Source: Anthoceros angustus (taxonomy: Eukaryota > Plantae > Anthocerotophyta). Taken from it: DNA of 64,000 bases. The DNA is taken from contig VJWM01000019.1 of assembly GCA_010909165.1 (NCBI GenBank), positions 992,001-1,056,000 on the forward strand. The letters run 5' to 3'. The notes under the pieces were generated by a model. That model worked only from the letters and a program-made list of their open reading frames with translations. It had not been told where the DNA came from and did not search any database. Of this stretch, positions 1-12,845 are shown one piece after another (the stretch's first letter is position 1; the number at the start of each line of letters is the position of its first letter). A program made the translations under genes and the position numbers.

Positions 1-1743
1 GCTGTCCATGGCCGTCTGTGGCAGCGTTGAGGCGAGCTTGCCAATATGGAACAGCTTACCAACAGTGTAAATCCAGCATATGTATCTGGGCGATGTTTCT
101 CGACACAGAATGCCCCCAAGGTTTCACATGCGTTGTGGGCCGATGGTGGAAGGGCAACTTGGGCAAGGGACTGCAAAAACGACCCACAACCCCATGAGCA
201 TTCTACATACCTGTGTCGTTTGCGGGATTTGGAAGGAACGCTATTTATAGAAGGCATGAGCCTCATCAGCTCGGCTGGATGTACTGTATGAGGCATGTGC
301 AACCTTGGACAGCTCTGAGAAACCCATGTCCTACACGAAGTACATATTCCTATTGGCTCGATTCTTTTTCGTATTTCAGATTATCAAGGGTGAATTGCTA
401 TGACGTGTAGAGATATCTGGTAGAGATAATTCTTTTCGCGCAGATCAGGAAGTGGTTTCTTCACATGCAGATTCTCTCTGACTTTCTAAAGCTACAGCTG
501 CATAGTGGAATGCACCGTGCGCAGCTGGGCATTATGCACCTAGTGACGTACGCCACCACAGCCTCCTTCCTGACGGGTCTTGAAATTCGTGAATCCTAAG
601 CAGTTAACTTTAACATCGTGAACAAGATGGCTTTTATTATAAGAACAGGTTGCAAAAAGGCTGTCAATAACATCACACCACTGTTTCTGCTACAGATCTT
701 GCACACCTTGGAAGTTGGAAAGTCGGAACTTGGAAGGATTCGGAGGAGAGAGGACCACAACTGCCACTTGCCCGCCTTTCTTAGCCTTCGGGCTTCGAGC
801 CATTAAATGCAGAACAAAATCCAAAGTGAAACATGGGCGACGCAGTCAATCGCCTGCCACAAGATTACCATCACGATGTATTCAGCACACACAAGCACAA
901 GTTTTATCACAAGTACTGGATCTGATGGATCACCTGGTAGTGCATCCTTACCTACGATTCTCGTGGAGCCTTCCTTGCAGCTCCATCGTCTTCCGTGTAC
1001 AACTTTGTTCTTTGCCGTATGCAGATGTTCTTTGATGGGGTCGGTCTTGAAAAGTCAGAGCACAAGGGCATGCGCATATGTAGGATGGTTCAGGACGGGA
1101 GCCCTGCGTCAGTGCGCCGCAGCCATAGCCAATACTGGATACTGTTAAAAAGTATCTGAAGACAGAGAAAAAGCGGTCGTGGATATGTACCGGTGCGAGA
1201 TATTTGCCATTGGAGGAAGCCTGTGCCTTGTGCGACATGGTTAACCTGAATCCGCATCTGACCAGGCCGGGGCCCAGGCACTGAGCCCATGTTGGGACTT
1301 TCCCCGGATAGCCAAAGTGGTGTGGCAGCTCCGGCTTCCCAGCACCGAGATCTTTAAGAACAGGCTGGAGGTCTTGCGGTGAACAGGCCCACCAAATGCA
1401 AATGCGCAATTTGCAAACGCAAACGCGCATTGGACTCTGGACTTGGATAACTAAGAATGTCCATACTGTCCGGGCCCCAGTTCATCAGCGCCTGCAGTCG
1501 CCATTGTCACGTTGCAGCACAATTATTGATCCCGCGTGTTGCCGACCTTGACCTCTGGGCATTGCAGTCCTATTATCTCTATTATCGGCAGGCCGGGATG
1601 TATAAATCGGAGGAGCTCCTTGCAGTCAGCAGCATCTCGGCTCGGCGACCTGACTTGGAGGTCAGCACTGTTAAGGACGCGATCTGGGCGGGCTCGGCTT
1701 GGATCCATCGCTGCCAGATTGCGGGCCGCATTTGCGAACCGCA

Positions 1744-4227
1744 ATGGCCAGGGAACAGACAGTGCAGGCTCAGGCCCAGGTCGCCGCTCTTGTGCTGGCC
1801 CTGTTGTGCCTCGCCACCGGGGTGGCAGCCAACATCACGTACAAGTCTGAGGAGCCTTACGATCTGGACAAGGGCCGGAAGGGCAATGAGCCCATCACGC
1901 ATTACTACGACTGGAAGGTGCGGAGATCGACCCTGGCCCAGAATGGCTGCCATCTTCCATCTTGCTTGCTTATTATTTCGATAGCTAATGTGTGCAATTT
2001 GTGGGTTTACAACGGTGCAGATAGTGCACACAGAGGTCACTCGTCTCTGCTCGACGAAGACCATCGTCTCCATCAATGGCGAGTTTCCGGGACCTGCTAT
2101 CCATATACGGGAAGATGACAGCGTGGTGATCAAAGTCACCAACCATGTGGAGCACAATGTTACACTTCACTGGTACTGCTTCCTCAGTCCTCCATTCCGG
2201 GATTTGTCTCTGGATTTCTGTTGAGATACCAGAACAACAGAGTGTGTGGTTGTAAAGACACACAATTGGATGACGTAGTGTTGTGAAATTTACAGGCACG
2301 GGCTAAGGATGGTGCTTCAGAACTGGCAGGACGGGCCCGCGTACGTGACAATGTGCCCCATCCAGCCGGGCGACTCTTTCACCTACCGATTCACGGTGGA
2401 TCACGGACAGAGGGGAACGGTGTGGTAAGTTCGCCTCAACCACGCAAACAAGATGCTGGGTTGTGTTCGCCTATGAGCAGTGCTCAATTTTGCTGTGCGC
2501 AACTCCCAGGTACCACGCCCACATCACCTGGCTCAGGGCTACTCTTTACGGTGCTTTCATCGTTTATCCCAAGAAGGGCGTCTCGTACCCGTTCCCCAAG
2601 CCGCACGCCGAAGAAACGATCCTCTTTGGTGAGCTTCGGTTCTTGTTTGGCTGCCAGTGTCCAGATTGAGGAGAGGGTGAATAAGATCGATGCTGTTGCG
2701 ACAGTGGCTGCCTCCGATTCCCACTGTAATTGCTGATTCGCGAAACCATTGCAGGCGAATGGTGGAAGGCTGACACCGAGCAGATCGAAGTCGTTGCAAT
2801 CAGGCAGGGAGCAAAATACAACGTCTCCGACGCGTACACGCTCAACGGGCAGCCTGGAGACACCCAGAACTGTTCAGCCACAGGTAACCCACCAAGTGCC
2901 TACGAGATGGCTGCCAGTGTGAACAAGTATTGGAACTCCAAGCCCATCGCATTGAGCTTGCAATGAACTCTGGGGGTTTGTCGAGTGCAGAGATGACAAG
3001 GGTGAAGGTGGAAGCTGGCAAGACATATCTTCTGCGCCTTATCAACGCCGCCATGAACTTCGAGCAGTATTTCAGCATCGCCGGGCACAAGCTGACGGTG
3101 GTGGAAGCCGACGGGGAGTACACCAAGCCATACACGACAGACGTGATTCTTCTCACCCCAGGCCAGAGCACCAACGTGCTGCTCAAGGCCTCCCACAAGG
3201 AAGGAGGGGAGTATTACATTGCCATTAGTCCGTGGTCTCCAGCCCCGGTCCCCTTCGGCAAGATACCTGCTAGCGCCATCCTGGAGTATGTGAAGCCTAA
3301 GAAAAGCAAGAAGATAAGGTCTCCGATGCCCATCTTCCCTGCCGCCAACGACAGTCAGTTTGCTCTCGATTTCGAGGAGAATCTGAAGTCCCTGGCCAAC
3401 AAGGATTTCCCCATCTCCGTGCCCTTGGAGCTGGACGAGCACCAGGAATTCACCGTCGGATACAATGTGCAACCGTGCAAGCCTGAAGACGGATGCGCTT
3501 TCCGAGGTAACCAGTTCAGGCTGAGGACCAGCATCAACAACATTACTTTCATCGCCCCAACCAGATCTCTTCTGGAGGTGAGTGGTTTCCTCTTCCTCTC
3601 GTCCAATAATGTTTCCACCTACCTTGGCGTTCTGCATCTCTAACTGGACGGATTTCTGCAGGCTTACTACTTCAGGGAGAAAAAGGTGTTCACCACCGAT
3701 TTTCCAGATACTCCCAAGATCAAGTATAATTTCACTGGTCCGGTGCAGCCTGGTAGTCTTCTGGGTGAGAAAGGGACAAGACTGAATGTCCTCAAGTTCG
3801 GAGCCAATGTGCAACTGGTGTTCCAAAATACCAACTCCCTTTTCTTTGAGAGCCACCCCTTCCATCTTCACGGCTTCAGCTTTTTCATTGTGGGCTCTGG
3901 ATTCGGAACCTTTGATGAGAAAGTGCACAGCAAGGGCTTCAACCTCAAGGATCCACCTCTTCGTAACACAGCATCCGTTCCTGCCGGGGGGTGGACTGCG
4001 ATTCGATTTAAAGCTGACAATCCAGGTAGGAGTTTGTCAGTTTGTGATAAATGTGGCGCGGTTTCTGAAATGGAAACTAACTCGAGAGTTTCACAGGTGT
4101 CTGGTTCATGCACTGTCATCTAGAGATCCATACCTCGTGGGGCATGGCTATGGCGTTCCTTGTGAAGGATGGAAAGGGACCTCTGGAAACTCTTCCCGGC
4201 CCGCCGCCCTTCATGCCCAAGTGCTAG
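1744..4227 (+). CDS. LAC: Laccase (multicopper oxidase), 8 exons
   Basis: Exons 1744-1917, 2021-2172, 2296-2424, 2510-2628, 2755-2883, 2991-3577, 3662-4025, 4097-4227 join via GT-AG introns. All four Cu-ligand motifs are present ([28 protein letters not shown]). N-terminal signal peptide; C-terminal PPPFMPKC*. Confidence 0.96.
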
Positions 4228-5533
4228 ATGTATGCCGTGGGCAGACTATTTTTTCCCACCGAAAGCAACTATCTCGGTTGTTTCAGAGGCTCTTCTGCTC
4301 CACGTGCTCATCCTTCGAAGAAGCGTGCATTGCTCTTGTACCAAAAAAGGCGAAAAAATGTATAGATTGGACACCCTGGAATATTTATTTTTCCAATAAA
4401 TGGCTGAGCCCGGCAGGCCCCGTTACACTCGTTATGTTCTTGCTCGTATAACAGTTGCAGGCTAAATTTTGGTTGGACTGCGGTTTTCTTGCCAAATGTA
4501 AAGCAAGATAGTGCATCTGTTTATGACGTTACCTTTCTTTCATCATCCACAACATCAGAACAACTTGTTCTAACCTCTGTTTCCTTCTCAGCGAAGCTGG
4601 CGCCCCAACTGGCTGAGGGATCCAGGTGAAAGTGCACCTGTGCCCTAGCTTCGTACACTGAGCCAGATGGAGCCTCAGCTGGGCCGGTCGGACGCGATGA
4701 GGCTGTTAGTGACATTCCCAGCCAGGTTTCATCGGAGGCAAGCCTTACCACGGGGCACTATGCCGGCGGTAAAAAACAAGGCCTGAAACTAAGGGATTGA
4801 TGGGACCAATTGCATAATATTGTAAGTAGATTTGACCTACAGGTGCGACGGCTCTACCTTAATCAATCGGGCTTGGACAGCCCACAGCCGCGCGCGGAGC
4901 TGAGATTTTAGCTGGCTTCGGCCATCAAGTTGGAGCTCCAGCTGGATGCACCGAGCCAGGTAGCGCGCCAGCTTCGCACAAAAGAAAAAAAAGGTGACCA
5001 TGAAGTTTTCCCTGAATTTCTTTGACGAGATCGGTAAGCCATCTTGTCCTCCTCACCCAGCAGAAATGTATTTGACGGATGGAAAAGCGACTACGAATCC
5101 GACATCGCTATGTGTACAGACCATGCCGAGTGCCGAGAAACACCAATGGAACTAGTCATGTCCACTTGATGACCGTGAGCTGCAACATTCCCATTCATCA
5201 ACAATATCCTTCATCCTTCACACTATCCTGCAATTCCATTTTTATTCACATTAATAAAGGTTATACAACCAATAGCTTACAACGATGCAACAACAGCACC
5301 CTGTTGCTACGTATCCGACTACATTTGATGATCCAACAACATACTGTAATATACAGTGTCACTGACGATGGGGAGCAAATAGACATTGCCCCCAACAATC
5401 CCATTCCCTTCACAGTTGACATATTTACAAACAAGCAAGCGATCTGGATTGGTTACTCTTTTCATAACCTGATCAGATTTTTCTGACCGTGCAAAACTGA
5501 AGACGCTCCACCCACCATCTCCTCGCAAAGTCG

Positions 5534-8500
5534 TTACGTGCCCGGGAGATTGCCACCAGAGGAACTGGACAAGATGATGTAGGCACAAATCACTGATGAC
5601 GAGAACAAGGACACCCATGTTCCACTGGGAACAAGTTCCATGGCTGCTGTAACTGATGATTTCTCTCGCCCTTCTGCCCACATGCGCAACCTGTCCGCCT
5701 CTGCTGCATACACTGCTCTTCCCTGTCAAACACGAAGATCATTATGAGATTCACTGATCCTACGAATCTGTTAAGATCGACATCAGAAAGCAACCAGTTC
5801 ATCTGGAACACAAGGACCACCCCGGAGTAGACTTATACCTCCTCATCAAACCAACGGCCCCGCCGCAGCCATGCTGTCACTATTGCAAGTATTATCCTTG
5901 GGGGGGTCAAGTAGTTCACTGCTTTTCCTGTGCCTTTAACTGTTCTCATCAGAGGGACCAGCGCGCGTGCCACAGTCTCAGGCTGCTCACAAATGAAGTT
6001 GAACATCTTTTTGTTCTGAAGGGTCGCACCACTGCCAAGAAAAAACGCTTGACATCAGCAGTGCCCGACTGGCATTAAGTGGTACACTGTTTACCCAGAG
6101 GGAGCGGCAGCCCAGTTAGAACTCTCTACAATCAAATCAAATTCCCGTTCAACCAAGAAAGCAATACGACCACAAAAGGTCACCTTAAAAGAAGATCAGT
6201 GAGCACCATCCCAGGAGAGGCCGTGTGAATTCCCACCCTATAACCCTTACATTCTTGAAGAAGAGATGCATGCAGCTGTCGTAGACCACTCTTTGTGGCT
6301 CCATACCTGGTTGGAAGGCCAGAACGGGTCAGCCTCTTCAGAGAACCGTGCAGACAGAAAAACCTAAAACAAAAGTGAGAGGACAAGGTATCTGAAGTCT
6401 CACACAGCTGTCAAAGGTGTACTAGCGCCTCCAGAGCCCGCACCATCCATGTTGAAAATATGGCCAGCTTTGCCCTGTGACTTCATCACTTGGATAGCTT
6501 CACGAGTGCACAAGATAGAGCCTACAAGATTTGTGGACACTATCTGCTCTCGGTTGACAGCAGAACACAGGATATTCAGCATCATGTCTCTGTCCCAACC
6601 ATGTTTTGGACTCTAGAGAAGGAAAGATCTTGTAACCCAGCTGCTAGTGGGAGATACATCCAAGCACTGCCATAGATAGTAGAGTTCACCAAGCACCTCT
6701 AGCCTCACCTGCTCTATCTCATTGTCGGAAAACTCCACGAGTGGCCTGAAGCCCTTATTTACCCCAGCATTATTGACCTGTGAAAAGAGTTTGTCGTCAG
6801 AACGTGTGCATCCTACTGAGAAAGGGTTTGAATGGAGAGTGTCAAACTTCAAGCAAATGGTTCCATCTGATTAACTCAATCAATCACCACCTTAAATGTG
6901 AACCTTACCCAGATATCTACAAACCCAAATTCCTGAAGAGCCAGGTCTCCAAGTGCCTTGACATCTTCACTTTTGGAGACATCGCAGGCTATACCAATGA
7001 CTCTCGACTGACTTCCTTGGAATTCCTCCTCAAGCTCTGCCACTGTGCTACGCACAGAATCCACGCTGTCGTCCAAAAAATGCAGCAGAGAATAACTCAG
7101 TCCACAAGCACTGTGATGCTATTGCGTGTACTGCTTGTGAGCACTAAAAGTAGCCCATCGAAGAAGACACGGTGGTAATATTGACCTTCGTGAAGCAATG
7201 CATACATTGTCACCAGATCGCAGAAACTCCCGAGCCAAAGCTTTCCCTAAGCCTCGAGTGCTGCACCACACAGAACATGGTATCACGCTTCGCTCCTTTC
7301 TTGTCTAGCCATAATAGGGAGAGAACAAGGAGTTCTAACTCCACTACCTAAATTGCAATTCAATAGAGAGCCAAAGTAAGAACTACCTGCCAGTAATAAC
7401 AACATTACGTGTACCACGCTTGCAATGATTCTCTAGAACTTGGTTAGCGCCAATCATAGATCCTATGATTATCCCAGCAAGCCAGCTAAACCATAATACA
7501 CCTTCTTCATGCGAAGTGCCATCTGGGCCAAAGGAAAAGAGGATCAAATATGCTCAGGAATACACGAAGATCGACAGGCTAGGATGACCAGAGACTAAAA
7601 GTTCCACGATCTAAGACAGAGGTCGACAAGAATGTCAAGCCAGTTCAAGGAACTAAGCCAGAGAACCAACCAGATAGCTGAAAACCTGTTGCGAGAATAA
7701 CCCCGGTGCTCATCATGATAAAGATGTACTTCCCTAGCTGCCCTGTAAACTGGTCACACGGAACATAATTGAGGCCCCAAAATCCAGACAATCTGTAGAA
7801 GCTAGACCTCCAACAAATCTCCAGTAAAATGGTCCGGATCCAACCTAGTCCACTCCCAGCTACTTACAGCATAGAAGTCTGCCTCAGCTTGACGCCAAGC
7901 CTCGCCAACCGTCCTCCTTACAACAGCATCTTCCAACTTTGCCAGTGGATTCCAGAACAAAGCCATCTTGGATCGGCCTTCTCCATCACTCGGTAACACG
8001 TCTTCAACCGAGCCCCCTTTTCTAACAAGAGTTCCGTCAACTACCTTAATCAGTGGTCTCACTACAGTCGTGAACAGATTCTCACGCCGTCTCGGCTTTC
8101 CTAACACTGCACCTCCACCACAATCTGCCTCTCCCGTGGCCCCCGTACTAGTGCTGCACGTCGATTCCCCCGTGCTCATATCCTGCGCTGAATCCTGTAC
8201 CACAATTGTCCGCTCCACATCCGCTGTACCATGATCCAGCTCGTTTCGAGAGGCAGATGAGCCCGACCCCCCCGTCTCATCCCGGGAAGCTCGGATTGCG
8301 AGGGGATGGCAGCCTGCTCTGCCAAAGCCCTGGCCCTGAAACGGGCCACGCATTACGCTTCTGAGCTCACAAGCACAGGGAGCTTGATGCAGAGGGCTAC
8401 GACCCGGCCGCAGCGCTCGACGTCGAAACCTGACACCGGAATCCGAGAAATCCACACCCTCGACACCCGCCCTGTGCACATCGATCCGGAGAGCGGGACC

Positions 8501-8800
8501 GGGACCTGAAGTCTGAGGAACAGCGGGGGAAGAGGCACACAACCACTCCATATCCAGCCACGATTTGCTACCGCAGACGCCCTGAGGTTGTGTGCATCCA
8601 AACCCGATCCGGCAGAATTCCTTCACAGGAAGGCTTGCGGCCAAGCCTCCGAGGAGCGCATCACAAATTTGCAGATCCGAGAGATGGAATGGCAGGCGCG
8701 CGGGCGCGCGGAGGGACGCGCAATTGGGAGGAGTGTGCTTGTGACGGACGCAAATGGCATTAGGACAAAATGAGACGGCTTTCAGACCAGCGGGGCGCAT
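5534..8800 (-). CDS. NYC1: Chlorophyll(ide) b reductase NYC1 (membrane-anchored SDR), multi-exon; start codon uncertain
   Basis: Spliced peptides QLGKYIFIMMSTGVILATGFQLSG, WLAGIIIGSMIGAN, NVVITGSTRGLGKALAREFL, NNAGVNKGFRPL, FNMDGAGSGGASTPLTAVYGATK, ASPGMVLTDLLL and the end GRAVYAAEADRL...NLPGT* match recalled plant NYC1. Confidence 0.92.
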
Positions 8801-9095
8801 GGCCAGCACAAGTGCCCCAAGACGTGGCGTGCCCACCGCTTGTTGCTTCTGCTTCCAGCGATGAGGAGCCTCGGGCGGACGTTTAAAGAGGTTACCGGGC
8901 CCGCCAGTTTCTCCACACTACTGTCATGGGGATGTTATTCATTCTCTGATCAGATCACTTGGCAAAACGGCGCGGCCAAAGTATCTGGAGCTCGTGTCAC
9001 GACACACTTGCGTGGCAGGACAAACCCACAAATATCTCTGTGTCAGTTACAGTCCAGCCCCCTCTCCCTTTAGGAGTAGGTAGCTCTACACGTCT

Positions 9096-9322
9096 GGAAT
9101 GGGGGATGGGATGGAGCTTGTCCTTACCTTACGTCTCTCTGCCTAGGCAGCATGAATCAGCTGCTGGACCCTTGCACCTTCCAGACACAGGAAAGGAGAC
9201 TGGAATGGGGGATGTCGCTTGTCCTTACCTTACTTCTCTCTGCCTAGGCAACATGAATCAGCTTCTGTGACTCTTTCACCTTCCAGACACAGGAAAGGAG
9301 ACTGGAATGGGGGATGTAGCTT
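9096..9322. repeat. Tandem repeat, about 2.2 copies of a 102-106 bp unit
   Basis: GGAATGGGGGATG recurs at 9096, 9202 and 9304 with conserved CTTGTCCTTACCTTAC...CCTTCCAGACACAGGAAAGGAGACT between. Confidence 0.9.
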
Positions 9323-9529
9323 CTGGGCAACCTCGTAAGGCGTCCATATTTCACCACACACAGACTTCGCCTTCGGAGCTGGTGGATGGATCACCGTGGG
9401 AAATTCGTAATGTCTTCGTGGTGGCGGATCGAGGACACCTTGGACGCCACGAGGTAGTAGAAACAAGGTAGGTATGTAACAACAGACATGATACAAGAGT
9501 GGAGGAGGTTGAGGACATAGGTTTGTTTG

Positions 9530-10550
9530 ACAGCAGGTTGGGAAGCTACCTGTTTGCCAGCGACAGAGTCCTGCGTCCTTCCATGCTTGTGATGCTACTC
9601 GCATTTCTTGGATGCTTTTAATTGCTTCACCATATGAACTGATGTTTGACATAAACATCCATACATATGCTGAAGCGTCGATTCTTCTATCCACGCTCAC
9701 TGCACATCCGAAAGCCCGCTTTCCACATTTTCCCACTTTTGGAAAGCACCCAGGACGTTTCTCCGCACTGCAGTGCCAGGTTGGAAGAGCATTCCTTTTA
9801 CCCTGTCCATCGCCTTGTAGACTGGCCTGCACGGCCAAGAAATTCGACCATGCAATTTTAGTGTTGATAGAAGAAGCGATGCCATAGTCTCTGGTCATTG
9901 TCTGAAAGCGTTATGCAGATCTGTCTCAAAATCCACGTCTAACCAAGTCAGCATGAATCCTCTTACCGCTTTCTAGGTCCCCCAAGGTGCTGCATGCCTT
10001 CAACAGAGCAACAAAGGTATGTGGCCTTGGTGATCACTCCACAGTTTCGCATTCCCTTGTCTATTTCCCGGAGCTCTCTACTTTGCCCGAGCTTGGCATG
10101 CTGCGATATCAGGGCCGCCCAGGAATCCTCCGCCTTCTGCATCCACAGCCGGAATCGGTGCCACTCCCAACGCTGCCTCTAGCAGCTTTTAAGCATGAGG
10201 CGCTTCTTCTGCAGTACTGTGTAACCCATGGCGAAAACCTCCTTCTGTCCATCCAACGTCCCTCCTTCAGACAAACCTGCCCACAGAGTAGCCAAAAAGT
10301 GAGCAGCTAGTCCAACGGGTCACAAAAACATCTACATATGTAAAGGGCATGGGAGTTGCAGTTTTCTACTTACTCTGTCCCGTCTGTGCTTCCACCAATC
10401 CTTCACATAATTCTGCCATAGCGAGCTCACATTCGGTCTAGTCCTTCTACATGCGAAACCCACAAACCAAACCTCAAATCGTCAGGCCAGCACTAAAATG
10501 CCTTCTCAAGCTCCCATACATCTGATCAAATAACATCATACGAGAAACCC
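9530..10550 (-). pseudogene. Decayed PLS-E class PPR gene
   Basis: Fragments in different frames: SWAALISQHAKLGQSRE, TFVALLKACSTLGDLESGKRIHADLVRRGF*, CMVEFLGRAG, RNVLGAFQKWENVE, KRAF...SAYVWMFMSN...AWKDAG; multiple frameshifts and stops. Boundaries approximate. Confidence 0.75.
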
Positions 10551-11297
10551 CTTCCCCTCCTACACCTTGACTTGCAAGCTTTTCAATCTCATGCCCCGCT
10601 CGGTATCCGGAGACATGTCACTTGGTCTCCTCACCCTTCGACCGGGCGCATGGTTGGAGAGGGACATATGTATACCCTCTAGATACCCGTCAGAACAGAA
10701 AACTGTATCTGAGTATCCATCAGGATACAGTTGTCTGATCTGATGGGAATCTGATGAATATCACAGTACCTGCATTGGTGTGTCTGTACACTGGACCTTT
10801 CACTTCTGAACCGATTCAGAAGCTTCTGAAGCGCTTCAGAAACCTGGGAAAGTTGAGAACCCGCATCGCTTGTTGCTGTCGCACTGGCAGACCTCAATAG
10901 AAAAAGAGGTTCCTGGTCAGAGGTGGAATCGCAACAGACACAGCGTGTGGAGCGTGCAAATCTTTGTTTATTCTTGACTGGAGAGGCAGCTGAAGATCAA
11001 AGGCGGTGCCTCTGCTCCACCATACGTTTCGATGTCAGGCAGCCATGGAGACCGAAATTCCCAAGTATGCAAGGAAAGGAGGAGGATGGAGGATGGGCGA
11101 AACGATGAAACAGGTATACATAGATGTGTACTAATGGTATCAAGCAGCAGAGGTCTGTCTTCGGCTCTGGAAAGCTATCCGCAGCCCCTGTCGTCCTTGT
11201 CACGTTTGGCTTGATTAGGTACTAGCCTTGGCCGGGAATATCCTCTAATCAGTAGATGTTTCTCCGCTGCTATGTAGGCCTTGGCAAGCCTCACAAC

Positions 11298-12845
11298 TCA
11301 GGGTATGGTGTCGTATCCCATACTGGCTCGAAGCTCTTGTTTGTAGAATTCCTTGATCTCTTGCATTTGGCGGGCTCGTTCTTTCTGGCATCGTTCGTGC
11401 CAGTACTCTCTGCATCTGGCAAGACAGTGCATGGCAAACGGTGGCAGGATGTGAAGCTGACATAAGGTCACCGTGATGACCATTCCAAGCTCTAAGAAAA
11501 AGGCACCTCCAGTACCTGTGTTTGATCAGACCACATAGCTCAGGGAGAAGCGTTGCTTGCGGATAGACTCCCACCTGCACACATAGGAAGGCTATGGCAC
11601 GTATCCTGTTTGCACTCTGAAAGCCTGAGGGACGCCAGAATGGACTAGATCTGTTGTACCTGTCTGCAAAGGGGGCATTTGGCAGTCAGTTTGGCATTCT
11701 CCAGTCCTTCAAACGCTGTGACAGAGGCAGTTGAGCAAGCACACCGGTGGCAGAAAACGTGCCCGCAGCCAAGAGCCACCGGAAGGAACAACGTCTCCTA
11801 AGACGCACATGGATCATGGATGTCAGATTCGCATGCCATGTAGTACAGTGAGCAAGGGCTCACTGTCAGGACAGGGGGAGCTCAAGCTTGTACTGCAGAC
11901 ACGTACTCGTATGGACGTCCCCATACTTACGAGGCAGATGGAGCATGTGAGCTCGAAGTCGAGATTGAAGGAATCAAGCGCAACACACGACAAGGTTGGC
12001 TTCACGCCGGGCCCTTCGAACTGACAGGAGAACCGCTGAAACCCACCAGGCAAAGGCTTCCGTTTGTGGTCCCCTTGGGAATCGGCATAGGCAGCAATCA
12101 ACTCCACAAGCAAAGGTGACTGGAGAAGCTCCGAGTGCAAGGTGGACAGCTTAGTCCTCAGTGCGAGGTCTCCCTCTTCCCCTGCCCCTGCCCCGGACGA
12201 GTGCTCCTGAACCGCACATTGCACAAAGCAGTCAGACTTGCGATCCGTCTTCCTAACGGCAGAGGTACTCAGATTTTTTGACAGTCCCCAAGGCAGTACG
12301 ATTCACAGACATACTTGCGCAAGTCTCTTCTCCACCCTCTTCTCGATCTGCCGGATGGCCAAGGCGTAGAGGGCGGCGTAGCTGATGACATACACTCCCT
12401 CCTTCATGCTGGACGATCTGCTCGCCTTCATCAAGCCAAGGCTAACCAGAGGCTTGCTCAAACCACTTCCGAAGCGTCGATGCAGCACCTTCAGGGAATG
12501 GACCTTGTAGAAAGCCACCACGGCGGACAACCTCTCAATCAGGCTGTCCTCTGCGGCACACATCATCCAGGGACTTCCAATCATTTACAGGCTTTGAATC
12601 AATCCAGCACCACGCTGTACCGGGTGACCGGAGCTCAAATTACCTGGCGCGTCCGTCTGCAAATCCAGTGCTAGCAAACTGGCAAGGTCGCCCAACACCA
12701 TCATCTCCCCGAGCTCACCGGACGAAGAGCCGGCGGAGTCGGGGACCGGGGAGATGGCATTACCCAGAGAGCTGTTTTTCTTGAGCAGCCGCTTGAAGCG
12801 CTTGTACTGCACTCGCGCACAGAAAGTTGCCTGGCTGCAGTCCAT
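11298..12845 (-). CDS. Divergent SPX-RING (NLA/BAH1-like) E3 ubiquitin ligase, paralog A; true start uncertain
   Basis: VQYKRFKRLLKK; LLQSPLLVELIA; C3HC4 RING [26 protein letters not shown]...KCPLCRQ; C-terminus REYWHERCQKERARQ...MGYDTIP*. Same exon layout as the neighbouring NLA-like gene. Confidence 0.85.

Noticed and set aside
3040-3060. miR397 target site in the laccase INAA region
   Set aside because: About 7 mismatches to the recalled miR397 complement, concentrated opposite the miRNA 5' end.
2900-3928. 342-aa minus-strand ORF
   Set aside because: Antisense shadow of laccase exons 6-7.
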